Source of the DNA: an uncultured delta proteobacterium
GTDB taxonomy: Bacteria; Myxococcota_A; Polyangia; Polyangiales; Polyangiaceae
Direction: 5' to 3'
Assembly: GCA_963850305.1 (NCBI GenBank)
Contig: CAWKKR010000007.1
Span: forward strand, 256,001-320,000
Length of the DNA stretch: 64,000 nucleotides
In this document: positions 17,592-25,998 of the stretch, piece by piece
How positions within the stretch are numbered: position 1 is the first letter of the stretch
Layout: every line of letters starts with the position of its first letter
Program-made: the position numbers and the translations under genes
Notes under the pieces: generated by a model
Databases searched by the model: none
What the model was told of the DNA's origin: nothing
Seen by the model: only the letters and a program-made list of their open reading frames with translations

Positions 17592-18854
17592 TCAGCCACG
17601 CGCCAGCACTGCGGCGAGGATGCGTTCGGTGCCGTCCTTCGGCAGGCGCACGAACCCTGTCCACGCCGCGGCGGCGAGGGTGCCGTCCCTCAGCCACTCG
17701 TCGAGCCAGTGGGCGGCGTGGCGCGGCTTGTGTTGCTTCAGTGCGACGCCCTGTTCGCGCAACCAGCGTCGATTGAAGCGCTCGTGGCTTCCCACGGGCG
17801 GCGCGACGACCAGCCCGAGGCCGAGCCCCGCGTAGAAGCTGAGCTCGCTCGGCTTCGTCCAGAGAATATCGGTGTCGGCGAGGAGCGCGTTGAACTGGCG
17901 GTAGTAGCTCGCAAAGTCGCGCGCGGTGAGGACGGGCACGCGTCCGGTGAGGTCGGTCCGCTCGAGCGCGTCGTGAAACGTATCCGCGACATCGGGGCGC
18001 GTTCCGGCGACCAGCGTGAGCGCCATTTGCCCCGAGATGATCGCCTCTCTCAGGCTCGGCAGGAATTCGTACGTCATCTCTGCCTGCGCGCCCGCGCCGC
18101 CGACGGCGAAGACGAGCCGGGGCGGCTTTCCTTCCTCGGACGAAGGCAGCGTGCCGAGCGCGCGCTCGACGTCGTCGCGATGCAGTTCGCGGAAATAGCC
18201 GTTGGGATCCAGCCGGACGAGTCGCTTCGCGACGTTCTTTCGCGCCGTCGACAGATCCGCACCAACCAACTCTCTCGGCAACGGAAAGCCCGTCATCGTG
18301 ATGCGCTCGCGCGGGACGCCGTAGGCGGACAGGCGGCGCACCACGCGCGTGCTGGGTGCGAAGTACTGAATGCGACTGTGAGCTCCGCTCATCGGAGCCC
18401 ACACGCGGTTGATGTCCGCGTCGGTCACGACGCAATAACTCGGACACTCGGCACGATCGGCGATGATGGCGGGCGCATAGAACGTCGTGACGAGCGGCGA
18501 GTGCCGTTCGCGCAGGTGCTGGACCAGGCCGCGACCCAGGCCGCGGTCGATCAGAAAGTCGAGTGCGCGCGAGCCGAAGTGAGGCCGGGTCAGATCGCGC
18601 GTCTCCCAGAGAGACGGGATGCTCGTCACGCTCTCCATCACGCTGCCCGCGAGCTGAAAGGGCTTGGACATGAGCTCTTGCGCGCGCCGCACGCGACTCC
18701 AGAGGCGGTGCTCCTCTTCGTCGGCGAGCGGCGGCTGATCGGCGTGCAGTAACGTCGTCTGGAACGCGTCGACGAGCGGTAACGCGGCTCGCAAATGGCC
18801 GTAACCCATCTCGACGCTCACGACGACCGGCTCACCCTGTTGCATGGGCGCCAT
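17592..18854 (-). CDS. GT-B fold glycosyltransferase-like protein (MGDG-synthase/DUF6938-like)
   Basis: MGYGHLRAA, VVTDADI, TGFP, WTKPSEL; start ATG 18854 or 18845 (ORF extension to 19019 is repeat-derived). Confidence 0.7.
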   Translation of the reverse strand: MAPMQQGEPVVVSVEMGYGHLRAALPLVDAFQTTLLHADQPPLADEEEHRLWSRVRRAQELMSKPFQLAGSVMESVTSIPSLWETRDLTRPHFGSRALDFLIDRGLGRGLVQHLRERHSPLVTTFYAPAIIADRAECPSYCVVTDADINRVWAPMSGAHSRIQYFAPSTRVVRRLSAYGVPRERITMTGFPLPRELVGADLSTARKNVAKRLVRLDPNGYFRELHRDDVERALGTLPSSEEGKPPRLVFAVGGAGAQAEMTYEFLPSLREAIISGQMALTLVAGTRPDVADTFHDALERTDLTGRVPVLTARDFASYYRQFNALLADTDILWTKPSELSFYAGLGLGLVVAPPVGSHERFNRRWLREQGVALKQHKPRHAAHWLDEWLRDGTLAAAAWTGFVRLPKDGTERILAAVLARG

Positions 18855-18866
18855 CCTGAGCGGGGG

Positions 18867-18886
18867 TCGTGACAGAAACGTGGCGG
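18867..18886 (-). promoter_or_regulatory. Pho box upstream of GT-B gene
   Basis: Minus strand CCGCCACGTTTCTGTCACGA: GCCAC and GTCAC at 11-bp period, 28 nt before ATG 18845. Confidence 0.6.
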
Positions 18887-18936
18887 TTTCGTACCAGCGC
18901 TGGAACCGATGGGCCCGATTCGACGGACAGCGGGTC

Positions 18937-19272
18937 GAGGACGCGGGCATCCGCGTCGAGGACGGCCATGATGTCGTCGAGGACGTGAGCATCCGCGGCG
19001 AGGACGCGTGGATCCTCACTCAGGACGCGTGCATCCTCACTCAGGACGCGTGCATCCGCGGCGAGGACGCAGGCATCCGCGGCGAGGACGCGTGCATCCT
19101 CACTCCGGACGCGTGCATCCGCGGCGAGGACGCCTGCATCCTCACTCAGGACGCGGCCGTCCTCACTCAGGACGCGGCCGTCCTCGCTCAGGACGCGGCC
19201 GTCCTCGCTCAGGACGCGGCCGTCCTCGCTCAGGACGCGGCCGTCCTCGCTCAGGACGCGGCCGTCCTCGGC
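18937..19272 (+). repeat. 16 x 21-bp tandem repeat with internal palindrome
   Basis: Units such as CAGGACGCGGCCGTCCTCGCT and GAGGACGCGTGCATCCTCACT; 336 bp = 16 x 21. Confidence 0.95.
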
Positions 19273-19492
19273 GAGATCATGCCCTGAGCGACCCGGGACC
19301 CCTCGTTACGCGGCGAGATTCCCGGCAAGTGCCGGAACACCTTGAAGCATTGCGGGTGCGGAGCGGGCCGGCCTGATGGATGCAGCCCTCATCCGGCGTG
19401 GCTCGCCAGCGGGGGCGTTCGTCTTACGGGAGCCCGCGCCGGATCGTCGGCGCGATGCCTTCCCCCCGTCGCGACACTGTTCGTTGCCAAAT

Positions 19493-19545
19493 AAGACACC
19501 TCGACGTCACCTTCCCGCGGTTCCCGCTGTCGTCGGCTGTCACGA
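19493..19545 (+). promoter_or_regulatory. Possible Pho-box half sites upstream of the PstS-like/TonB operon
   Basis: GACAC(19495), GTCAC(19506) and CTGTCAC with GTCAC at 19539, all in 11-bp phase. Confidence 0.45.
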
Positions 19546-19660
19546 AAAGTTCGCCGAATGGACGACGGGACGTCTTGGGCGCTTTCTAGTTTCGCGCACG
19601 ACGGCCCAGCCGGAGCACGAGCGTGCGACGGAGGTCACTCGAAGGAAGGAACCAGTTAAA

Positions 19661-20974
19661 ATGAAAAAGCAGCGACGCTTAATCTTTGGCGCACGCGCGG
19701 CGAGCGGGGTCGTCCTCGGGGCATCGTGCCTCGCGGCGTCCGCGGCTCACGCGGACCCGTGCAGCAGCCTCTCGCACGTGGTGTACGTGGCGGGCTCGAC
19801 CGCACAAGAGGTGTTCGTCGGCGGGTTGGCGGCTGCGCTCAACCAGCTCACCCCGCCGATCAACGTCGTGTACCAGGGGCAGGGCTCCTGCACCGGCGTC
19901 GGCTACATGTCGACCTCCGGGGCCAACACGATCACCGGCCACGGCATCACGTTCGCGGCCGCCAATGCGAGCACGCTGTACGACGACGGCGTCGGCTGCG
20001 ATCTCGACGTCGCGGGCACCCCGGTGGACCTCGGTCTCTCGGACGTTTACCCGGCGGTCTGTCCGACGGCCACGCCCAACACACTCGGGACGGGCGTGAA
20101 GGACTTCTTCGGTCCGGTTCAGTCGATGAACTTCGTCGTGCCGATCGGCACGGGGGGTTCCGACCAGACGTCCATCAGCTACGAGGCCGCTCACATCATC
20201 TTCGGCGTGGGCCCTCTCGACGCGACCACGAATCCCAACGGGGTCAACGTCGTGCCCTGGACGAACCCGGCCTACTACGAGGTCCGGAAGAGCAGCTCCG
20301 GGACGATCATCATGTCGGGTGCCGCCATCGGCGTTCCCGGCACCCAGTGGTGGGGGAACGCCACCTCGGGCAGCAACGCCGTCATCACGAACCTCGCCGC
20401 AGACCTTGCCAATGGCAACGGTGAGAACGCGATCGGCATCCTCGTTTCCGGTGACATCGACAAGAACCGCTCGTCGCTTCGCCCCCTCGCCTTCCAGGCC
20501 AAGGGTCAGACGTGCGGTTACAACCCCGACTCGGACCCGACCAAGTTCGACAAGCAGAACGTCCGGGACGGTCACTACTTCATCTGGGGTCCGATGCACA
20601 TGATGGCCCACGTGGGAGCCAACGGCGAGCCCACGAACCCCGACGTGCAGACCGTCGTCGACACGCTGACCGCCAAGGCTCCTCCGCCTCCAGGAGTGGA
20701 TCTCATCCAGATCGAGGCGTCGAACGGCGTCGTTCCGGACTGCGCGATGCGCGTCACCCGGGACAGTGAAGGCGGCGATCTCATGAGCTACTTCCCTCCG
20801 GAAGGCTCGTGCGCGTGCCAGTATGTGACCGACGCGACCAGCGCGAAGCCCTCTTACTGCACCACGTGCTCGTCGGACACGGACTGCAAGAACGTGTCGA
20901 CCCCCGACGGGACCGTGGCGCAGGGCAAGTGCAACAACATTGTCTCAGGCAGCGGCTATTGCGAGGTGAAGTGA
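19661..20974 (+). CDS. Secreted Cys-rich PstS-like (PBP type 2) substrate-binding protein
   Basis: SPI signal (AHA-DPC), VAGST and RKSSSGT resembling PstS phosphate-binding motifs, about 13 Cys in the mature chain. Confidence 0.7.
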   Translation: MKKQRRLIFGARAASGVVLGASCLAASAAHADPCSSLSHVVYVAGSTAQEVFVGGLAAALNQLTPPINVVYQGQGSCTGVGYMSTSGANTITGHGITFAAANASTLYDDGVGCDLDVAGTPVDLGLSDVYPAVCPTATPNTLGTGVKDFFGPVQSMNFVVPIGTGGSDQTSISYEAAHIIFGVGPLDATTNPNGVNVVPWTNPAYYEVRKSSSGTIIMSGAAIGVPGTQWWGNATSGSNAVITNLAADLANGNGENAIGILVSGDIDKNRSSLRPLAFQAKGQTCGYNPDSDPTKFDKQNVRDGHYFIWGPMHMMAHVGANGEPTNPDVQTVVDTLTAKAPPPPGVDLIQIEASNGVVPDCAMRVTRDSEGGDLMSYFPPEGSCACQYVTDATSAKPSYCTTCSSDTDCKNVSTPDGTVAQGKCNNIVSGSGYCEVK

Positions 20975-21441
20975 TGACTTACTCAATCAAGAACCGTTTC
21001 GCGCTCGCGTCGGTCGTGGCCCTGCTCGGCGCAGGGATCGCGGTCTCGGCGTGTTCGAGCAGCAACAAGAACAGCACGCCGCCTACGGGTGACTCCGGCA
21101 CTGGCGGAGCTGCGGCGGGCGGCACCGCCGGAGCGTCTGCAGGAGGCTCCTCGGCCGGTGGTGGTGGAAGCAGCGCCGGTGGCGCGAGTGCTGGCGGCAC
21201 TGCTGGCTCCGGCAACACCGGCGGCGCCGGCACCGGCGGGGAAGGCACCGACGCCGGTGACGCAGGCCCCGGTCCGTGCACTCAGGATCCGAACCAGACG
21301 TGCGGCACTTGCCCCCCGTCGACCAGCGTCGAGTTCCTGAACCACTGCGGCGCCACTGGCGTGACTTGCATCAAGTACGACAACACGGCGCACGGCATCC
21401 CGGCGACTCTGCCGGCGCTGAACGTTCCACCCACAACGTGA
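20974..21441 (+). CDS. Small Gly-rich, Cys-containing lipoprotein
   Basis: TGATG coupling to upstream gene; lipobox VSAC; Gly/Ala/Ser linker; C-terminal Cys motif. Confidence 0.75.
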   Translation: MTYSIKNRFALASVVALLGAGIAVSACSSSNKNSTPPTGDSGTGGAAAGGTAGASAGGSSAGGGGSSAGGASAGGTAGSGNTGGAGTGGEGTDAGDAGPGPCTQDPNQTCGTCPPSTSVEFLNHCGATGVTCIKYDNTAHGIPATLPALNVPPTT

Positions 21442-21510
21442 TTGGCGACGTTCACCGGTGCATCGGCGAGTCCAGCGACGACCCGATGCGCCGGTGACGT
21501 GTAATGGCCT

Positions 21511-23112
21511 ATGTCACCAAACTTTCGCAAGCTAGACCAATTACGTCGGTTCTCTGTCATACTTGTGATGGCGGTGACGCCTCTTGCGAGGACGGCGTTC
21601 GCGCAGCCCACGCCGTCGGCGCCGCCCGCTGCCCCGACGCCGGACGCGGACGAGACGATCGATGCCGCGCCGGCCCCCGCGCAGCCCGCACCGACACCCG
21701 TGCAGCCTGCCACGCCGCCCGCCGCGTCCGCCGCTCCAGCGGTGACCCCCGCGCCTCCTGGCGCTTCAGCGGCGCCCGCCGCGCCGCCGAGCGCTACGGC
21801 AGCGAGCGCGAAGCCGTCCGCGCCACCTCCCGCTGCGGCGCCCCCGCCGCCCGCCGCTGCTGCACCTGCAGCTCCGGCAACGCCGCCCCCTCCCGCGACC
21901 GCGCCGCCGAGCCACCTTCCGGCGAGCCTCTGGCCTCAGAACGTCGGACCCGTCGGCGCGCTGGTCATCTCCGGATACGTGCAGACTCAGTACGAAGCGC
22001 ACCAGGATTCCAGCGATCAGATCCTCGACGGCACGTTGCTGAACCAGAATCGATTCTCGCTGCGTCGCGGGCGCATGCGCTTCACCCGGGACTGGGACTA
22101 TGCGTCGGTCGCCTTCGAGTTCGACGGCAACACGGTCCAGGGACCGGCGATGCACATCCAGAAGGCGGAGCTCACGCTCGTCTACGGCCGCTCGCCCGAC
22201 AAGTACACGCCGCCGCTGGTGGAGATGACGATAGGCCAGTTCGATCTGCCGTTCGGGTTCGACCTGGTGCAATCGCCTCGTACGCGGTGGTTCATGGAGC
22301 GGTCGCTCGTGTCGCGCGCGCTCTGGCCGGGTGAGCCCGACGTCGGGGCGCGGCTCGAGGGCGGGATATCGTTCTTTCGCTACGCGCTCGCCGTGACGAA
22401 CGGCGAGCCCCTCGGCGAGGAGAGCGGCTACGGCCTGCGAGACCCGAACAACAACAAGGACATCACCGGCCGCTTCGGAATGGAAACGAGGACCGAGAAC
22501 TTCGCCGTCTCCGGCGGCGTGTCGTTCAACCGCGGGAAGGGCTTTCACGCCGGGACGGATGCGACGAAGAACATCGCCACGTTCATTGACAACAACGCGA
22601 ACGGCACTCCGGATCCGGGGGAGATCACCGGGTCGGGCGCCGCGTCCGCTTTCCCATCGAGCAGCTTCTCCCGCTGGGGGGTCGGCGCGGATCTTCAGCT
22701 GAGTTTGAAGACGTTGCTCGGTTGGTCGACCGCGACCGCGGAGGTGATCTCGGCGAGCAACCTCGATCGTGGCCTCTTCATCGCCGACCCGACGCTGACC
22801 AGGGTGAACGTGCGCGAGTTCGGCTACTACATCGCGTTCACTCAGGAGATCACGCCGTATGCGATCGTGGGCCTCCGGTACGACACGTACGACCCGAACG
22901 CGGATTCGACCGACAGCCGCAGCGGCTCGCTCGTTCCGCAGACGCAAACGATCCACACGATCTCGCCGCTCGTCGGGCTCACCCTGCCGGACCGCGCTCG
23001 CCTGATCTTTCAGTACGACAAGGTCATGGACTACCTGGCACGCAGCAGCACCGGCGTTCCCACGGACTTCAAGAACGACCAGTGGACGCTGCGAATGCAG
23101 GTGACGCTATGA
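21511..23112 (+). CDS. Outer-membrane porin (OprO/OprP-like) with Pro/Ala-rich N-terminal linker
   Basis: Signal peptide; SGYVQTQY, FSLRRGR, GQFDLPFG, ERS, D.NNNKD..GR; terminal beta-strand WTLRMQVTL. Confidence 0.7.
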   Translation: MSPNFRKLDQLRRFSVILVMAVTPLARTAFAQPTPSAPPAAPTPDADETIDAAPAPAQPAPTPVQPATPPAASAAPAVTPAPPGASAAPAAPPSATAASAKPSAPPPAAAPPPPAAAAPAAPATPPPPATAPPSHLPASLWPQNVGPVGALVISGYVQTQYEAHQDSSDQILDGTLLNQNRFSLRRGRMRFTRDWDYASVAFEFDGNTVQGPAMHIQKAELTLVYGRSPDKYTPPLVEMTIGQFDLPFGFDLVQSPRTRWFMERSLVSRALWPGEPDVGARLEGGISFFRYALAVTNGEPLGEESGYGLRDPNNNKDITGRFGMETRTENFAVSGGVSFNRGKGFHAGTDATKNIATFIDNNANGTPDPGEITGSGAASAFPSSSFSRWGVGADLQLSLKTLLGWSTATAEVISASNLDRGLFIADPTLTRVNVREFGYYIAFTQEITPYAIVGLRYDTYDPNADSTDSRSGSLVPQTQTIHTISPLVGLTLPDRARLIFQYDKVMDYLARSSTGVPTDFKNDQWTLRMQVTL

Positions 23113-24125
23113 CGGCGGCGCGCGCTGCGGTCGTTTTGTCGTTTGCCCTCCTCACAGGGGGATGCTGGAGCAATCCGTCGTCACAGAACGGCCTGGACGA
23201 GCCGCTCACGGTTCAGTACCTCGACCCCAGGGGCACCAATGCGAAGCTGAGCGGGCAGTTCGTCTCCGGGAAGCTGCCCGGGACCGCCCCCCTGACCAAG
23301 GGGGAACACGTGCCCGACGCAGGCCCGAACGGCCCCCCGCAGATCACCTCCAAGAACGGCTTTCAAACTATCTTCTTCGAGGGGCAGGCGGCGGGTAGCT
23401 TCACCGGCCAGGCGACGGCCAATACTACCGGCATCGGAATCGCCGTCGACGGAGCGGGGACGGGCTACTGGGTCGTTCCGCCCGAGCTGGGCGTGGACCG
23501 CAACACGGGCGACCTGAACTGGGCCGTAACGGTCAATCTCGGCACCGAGATCGCTCCAGGGAGCCACGTGCTGCGCTTCGTCGCGATCGACTCGCAGGGC
23601 GTCGCCGGGCCACAGACGACGCTGCCGCTGTGCATCAAGAGCGACGTCCCGGACAATCTGCAGGAGTGTTCGCCGACGCGAGTGCCGCCGAAGGCCGTCA
23701 TCTCGCTCACCTGGGACACGAACGTGGACCTCGATCTGGAGGTCGTCACTCCCGACGGCACTCTCGTGAGTCCGAAGCACCCCTTCACGACGGCGGCACT
23801 GACCGATGGAGGGACGGTGCCCTCGTGGGCCGGCACGTTCGATCGTGACTCGGACGCGGGGTGCATCATCGACGGTATCCGCACCGAAAACCTGACCTGG
23901 AACACCGTTGCGCCGCACGGCAGGTACCTCATCTACGCGAACCTCTTCTCGTCTTGCGGGCAACCGGCCGTGCGCTTCGTGGCGTCCGTGTACACACAGG
24001 TCCCCAACCCCGACGGGGGCGTCCCGCACCTGGCGGAAAAGGTCTCGCAAGCGGGGGAGCTCCTCGCCGTTCAAGCGAACGGCGGGACCGCGCTCGGGCT
24101 CTACGTCACCACGTACACGTTTTGA
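23109..24125 (+). CDS. Lipoprotein with YfaP/DUF2135-like C-terminal domain
   Basis: Lipobox TGGC; LTWDTNVDLDLEVVTPDG, DRDS, ENLTW, GRY. Confidence 0.7.
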   Translation: MTAARAAVVLSFALLTGGCWSNPSSQNGLDEPLTVQYLDPRGTNAKLSGQFVSGKLPGTAPLTKGEHVPDAGPNGPPQITSKNGFQTIFFEGQAAGSFTGQATANTTGIGIAVDGAGTGYWVVPPELGVDRNTGDLNWAVTVNLGTEIAPGSHVLRFVAIDSQGVAGPQTTLPLCIKSDVPDNLQECSPTRVPPKAVISLTWDTNVDLDLEVVTPDGTLVSPKHPFTTAALTDGGTVPSWAGTFDRDSDAGCIIDGIRTENLTWNTVAPHGRYLIYANLFSSCGQPAVRFVASVYTQVPNPDGGVPHLAEKVSQAGELLAVQANGGTALGLYVTTYTF

Positions 24126-24141
24126 GAAAGGGTAAACCGAC

Positions 24142-24852
24142 ATGCTCATCGAAAAGCTGCTGAAAGTCGCCCTGCTCGGGTCGAGCTGGGTCATGTACTT
24201 GCTCCTCGGGCTCTCGGTCTTTTCGATCGGCGCGATGATCGAGCGCACCTTGTATTTCCGGAAGCGCGACGACGACGTCGAGGAGCTCGGAGAGAAGCTC
24301 ATCGCTCTGCTCGAGCAAGGCGATCGGGAAGCCGCGACGGCGTTGCTCAAGAATAGCCCGTCCGTCGAGGCGTCCGTTCTCGCGGCTGCCATGCGCTATC
24401 TGAACAGCGGCGCGGACGCCGTCTCGGACGCCATCGAGAGCGCGATGATCCGCGCCCGCCTCGACATGGAGCGCGGTTCGACCCTGCTCGGTACGCTCGG
24501 CAACAACGCGCCGTTCATCGGTCTCTTCGGGACCGTCATCGGCGTCATCATCGCGTTCCACCAGCTCGGCGCGAGTCAGTCATCGGCGTCGATGAACGCC
24601 GTCATGGGAGGCATCGCCGAGTCGCTCGTGGCGACCGGAGTCGGCCTCTTCGTCGCGATCCCGGCCGTCGTCGCCTACAACATCCTCCAGAAGCGCATCG
24701 GCGACATCGAGAGCAACATCTCGGCGATCGCCAAGGATCTCACGGCGCTCCTCAAGAGCGGCGCGCCCGGTCAAGTCCCTCAGGTGGCGTCGTCGTCACC
24801 GGAACCCGTCGAGGAAGCGATTCGCGATCTCGCTTCCTCTGCAGCCAACTGA
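24142..24852 (+). CDS. exbB: MotA/TolQ/ExbB proton channel
   Basis: APFIGLFGTVIG, GIAESLVATGVGLFVAIPA. Confidence 0.9.
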   Translation: MLIEKLLKVALLGSSWVMYLLLGLSVFSIGAMIERTLYFRKRDDDVEELGEKLIALLEQGDREAATALLKNSPSVEASVLAAAMRYLNSGADAVSDAIESAMIRARLDMERGSTLLGTLGNNAPFIGLFGTVIGVIIAFHQLGASQSSASMNAVMGGIAESLVATGVGLFVAIPAVVAYNILQKRIGDIESNISAIAKDLTALLKSGAPGQVPQVASSSPEPVEEAIRDLASSAAN

Positions 24853-24870
24853 GAAAGGCCGGACAGGAGC

Positions 24871-25290
24871 ATGGCATCAGCAGGACTCGGAGCCAAAGGC
24901 GGAAAGCGCGGGGGGATCGTGGGCATCAACGTCACGCCGATGGTGGACGTGGTGCTCGTGCTGCTCGTCATCATGATGGTCTCGGCCGTCTACATCGTCT
25001 CTCAGAGCTTGAAGGTGGAGCTGCCGAAGACCGCGAGCTCGGACGGCGCCGCGAACACGCCGCTATCCGTCACGATCACCAAGGCCGGTGCGTATCTCTT
25101 CAATCAAAAGCCGATCGAAGAGACGGCATTGCGCACCGAGTTCGAGAAGGCGAAGGCCAAGAACAAGGACGCGAGCCTCGTCGTCACCGCCGATCGGGAG
25201 TCTTTGCATGGCGACGTCATGCACGTCATCGATCTCGCGAAGATCGAAGGCATCACGAAGTTCGCCATCTCCGTGGATCGCACCCAGTAG
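24871..25290 (+). CDS. exbD: ExbD/TolR protein
   Basis: INVTPMVDVVLVLLVIMMV, VELPK. Confidence 0.9.
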   Translation: MASAGLGAKGGKRGGIVGINVTPMVDVVLVLLVIMMVSAVYIVSQSLKVELPKTASSDGAANTPLSVTITKAGAYLFNQKPIEETALRTEFEKAKAKNKDASLVVTADRESLHGDVMHVIDLAKIEGITKFAISVDRTQ

Positions 25291-25299
25291 AGGACTCCG

Positions 25300-25998
25300 A
25301 TGGCACGGCGAAAGAAAAAGGTCTCCACGGTGTACGTGATCAGCATCGGGGCTCACCTCGCCGTCGGAGCGATTCTCGCGCTCGTCCCTCAGCAGAAGCT
25401 TCGCGACATCGTGGCCATCACCCTGAACCAGGCCCCTGAAAAGAAGAAGGTGGTGCCACCCAAGCCTCCCGAGCATCACGAAGCGCGCCCGGTACGTTCG
25501 CCTGGCCACAATTACCATCCGGCGCTCGCGACCGTTGCTCCCGCGGCCGCCCCGGGGGCGTTCGCGGACATCGGAATCGCGCTCGACTCTTCTTCCGAAG
25601 ACGGTGTCGCGGTCAACATGGCGCCCGCCCCCGTGGCGCCCGCCCCGGTGATCGCGGTCGCGCGGCGGGAAAGGCCGAAGATCCTGGTCGCGCATCACGC
25701 GGCCGAGGAGGACACGTGCTCGGAGGATATCGTCAAAGCGCGTGTCATTGGCCGGGCCGCACCGGCGTACACGGACCAGGCACGGCGCGCGAAGATCGAA
25801 GGGCAGATCATGGTCGAGCTCATGGTCGACGACCAGGGGAACGTCACGTCGGCGCGCGTGCTCCAGGGGCTCGGGTACGGCCTCGACGAAGCGGCCGTCG
25901 AGGCGGGGAAGCGGTTTCATTTCAGTCCCGCCACGCGGTGCGGAAAGGCCGTCGGCGCGCCTTTCATCATCCGGATGCGCTTCGCCCTTTCCCAATGA
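25300..25998 (+). CDS. tonB: TonB energy transducer
   Basis: SIGAH TM motif, Pro-rich linker, YTDQARRAKIEG, GYGLDEAA, FSPA. Confidence 0.88.
   Translation: MARRKKKVSTVYVISIGAHLAVGAILALVPQQKLRDIVAITLNQAPEKKKVVPPKPPEHHEARPVRSPGHNYHPALATVAPAAAPGAFADIGIALDSSSEDGVAVNMAPAPVAPAPVIAVARRERPKILVAHHAAEEDTCSEDIVKARVIGRAAPAYTDQARRAKIEGQIMVELMVDDQGNVTSARVLQGLGYGLDEAAVEAGKRFHFSPATRCGKAVGAPFIIRMRFALSQ

Noticed and set aside
18937..19272. CRISPR array
   Set aside because: Head-to-tail 21-bp units with no spacers.
21600..21910. Pro/Ala, Gly-rich, poly-Thr and poly-Pro stretches as DNA repeat elements
   Set aside because: Ordinary low-complexity protein linkers.
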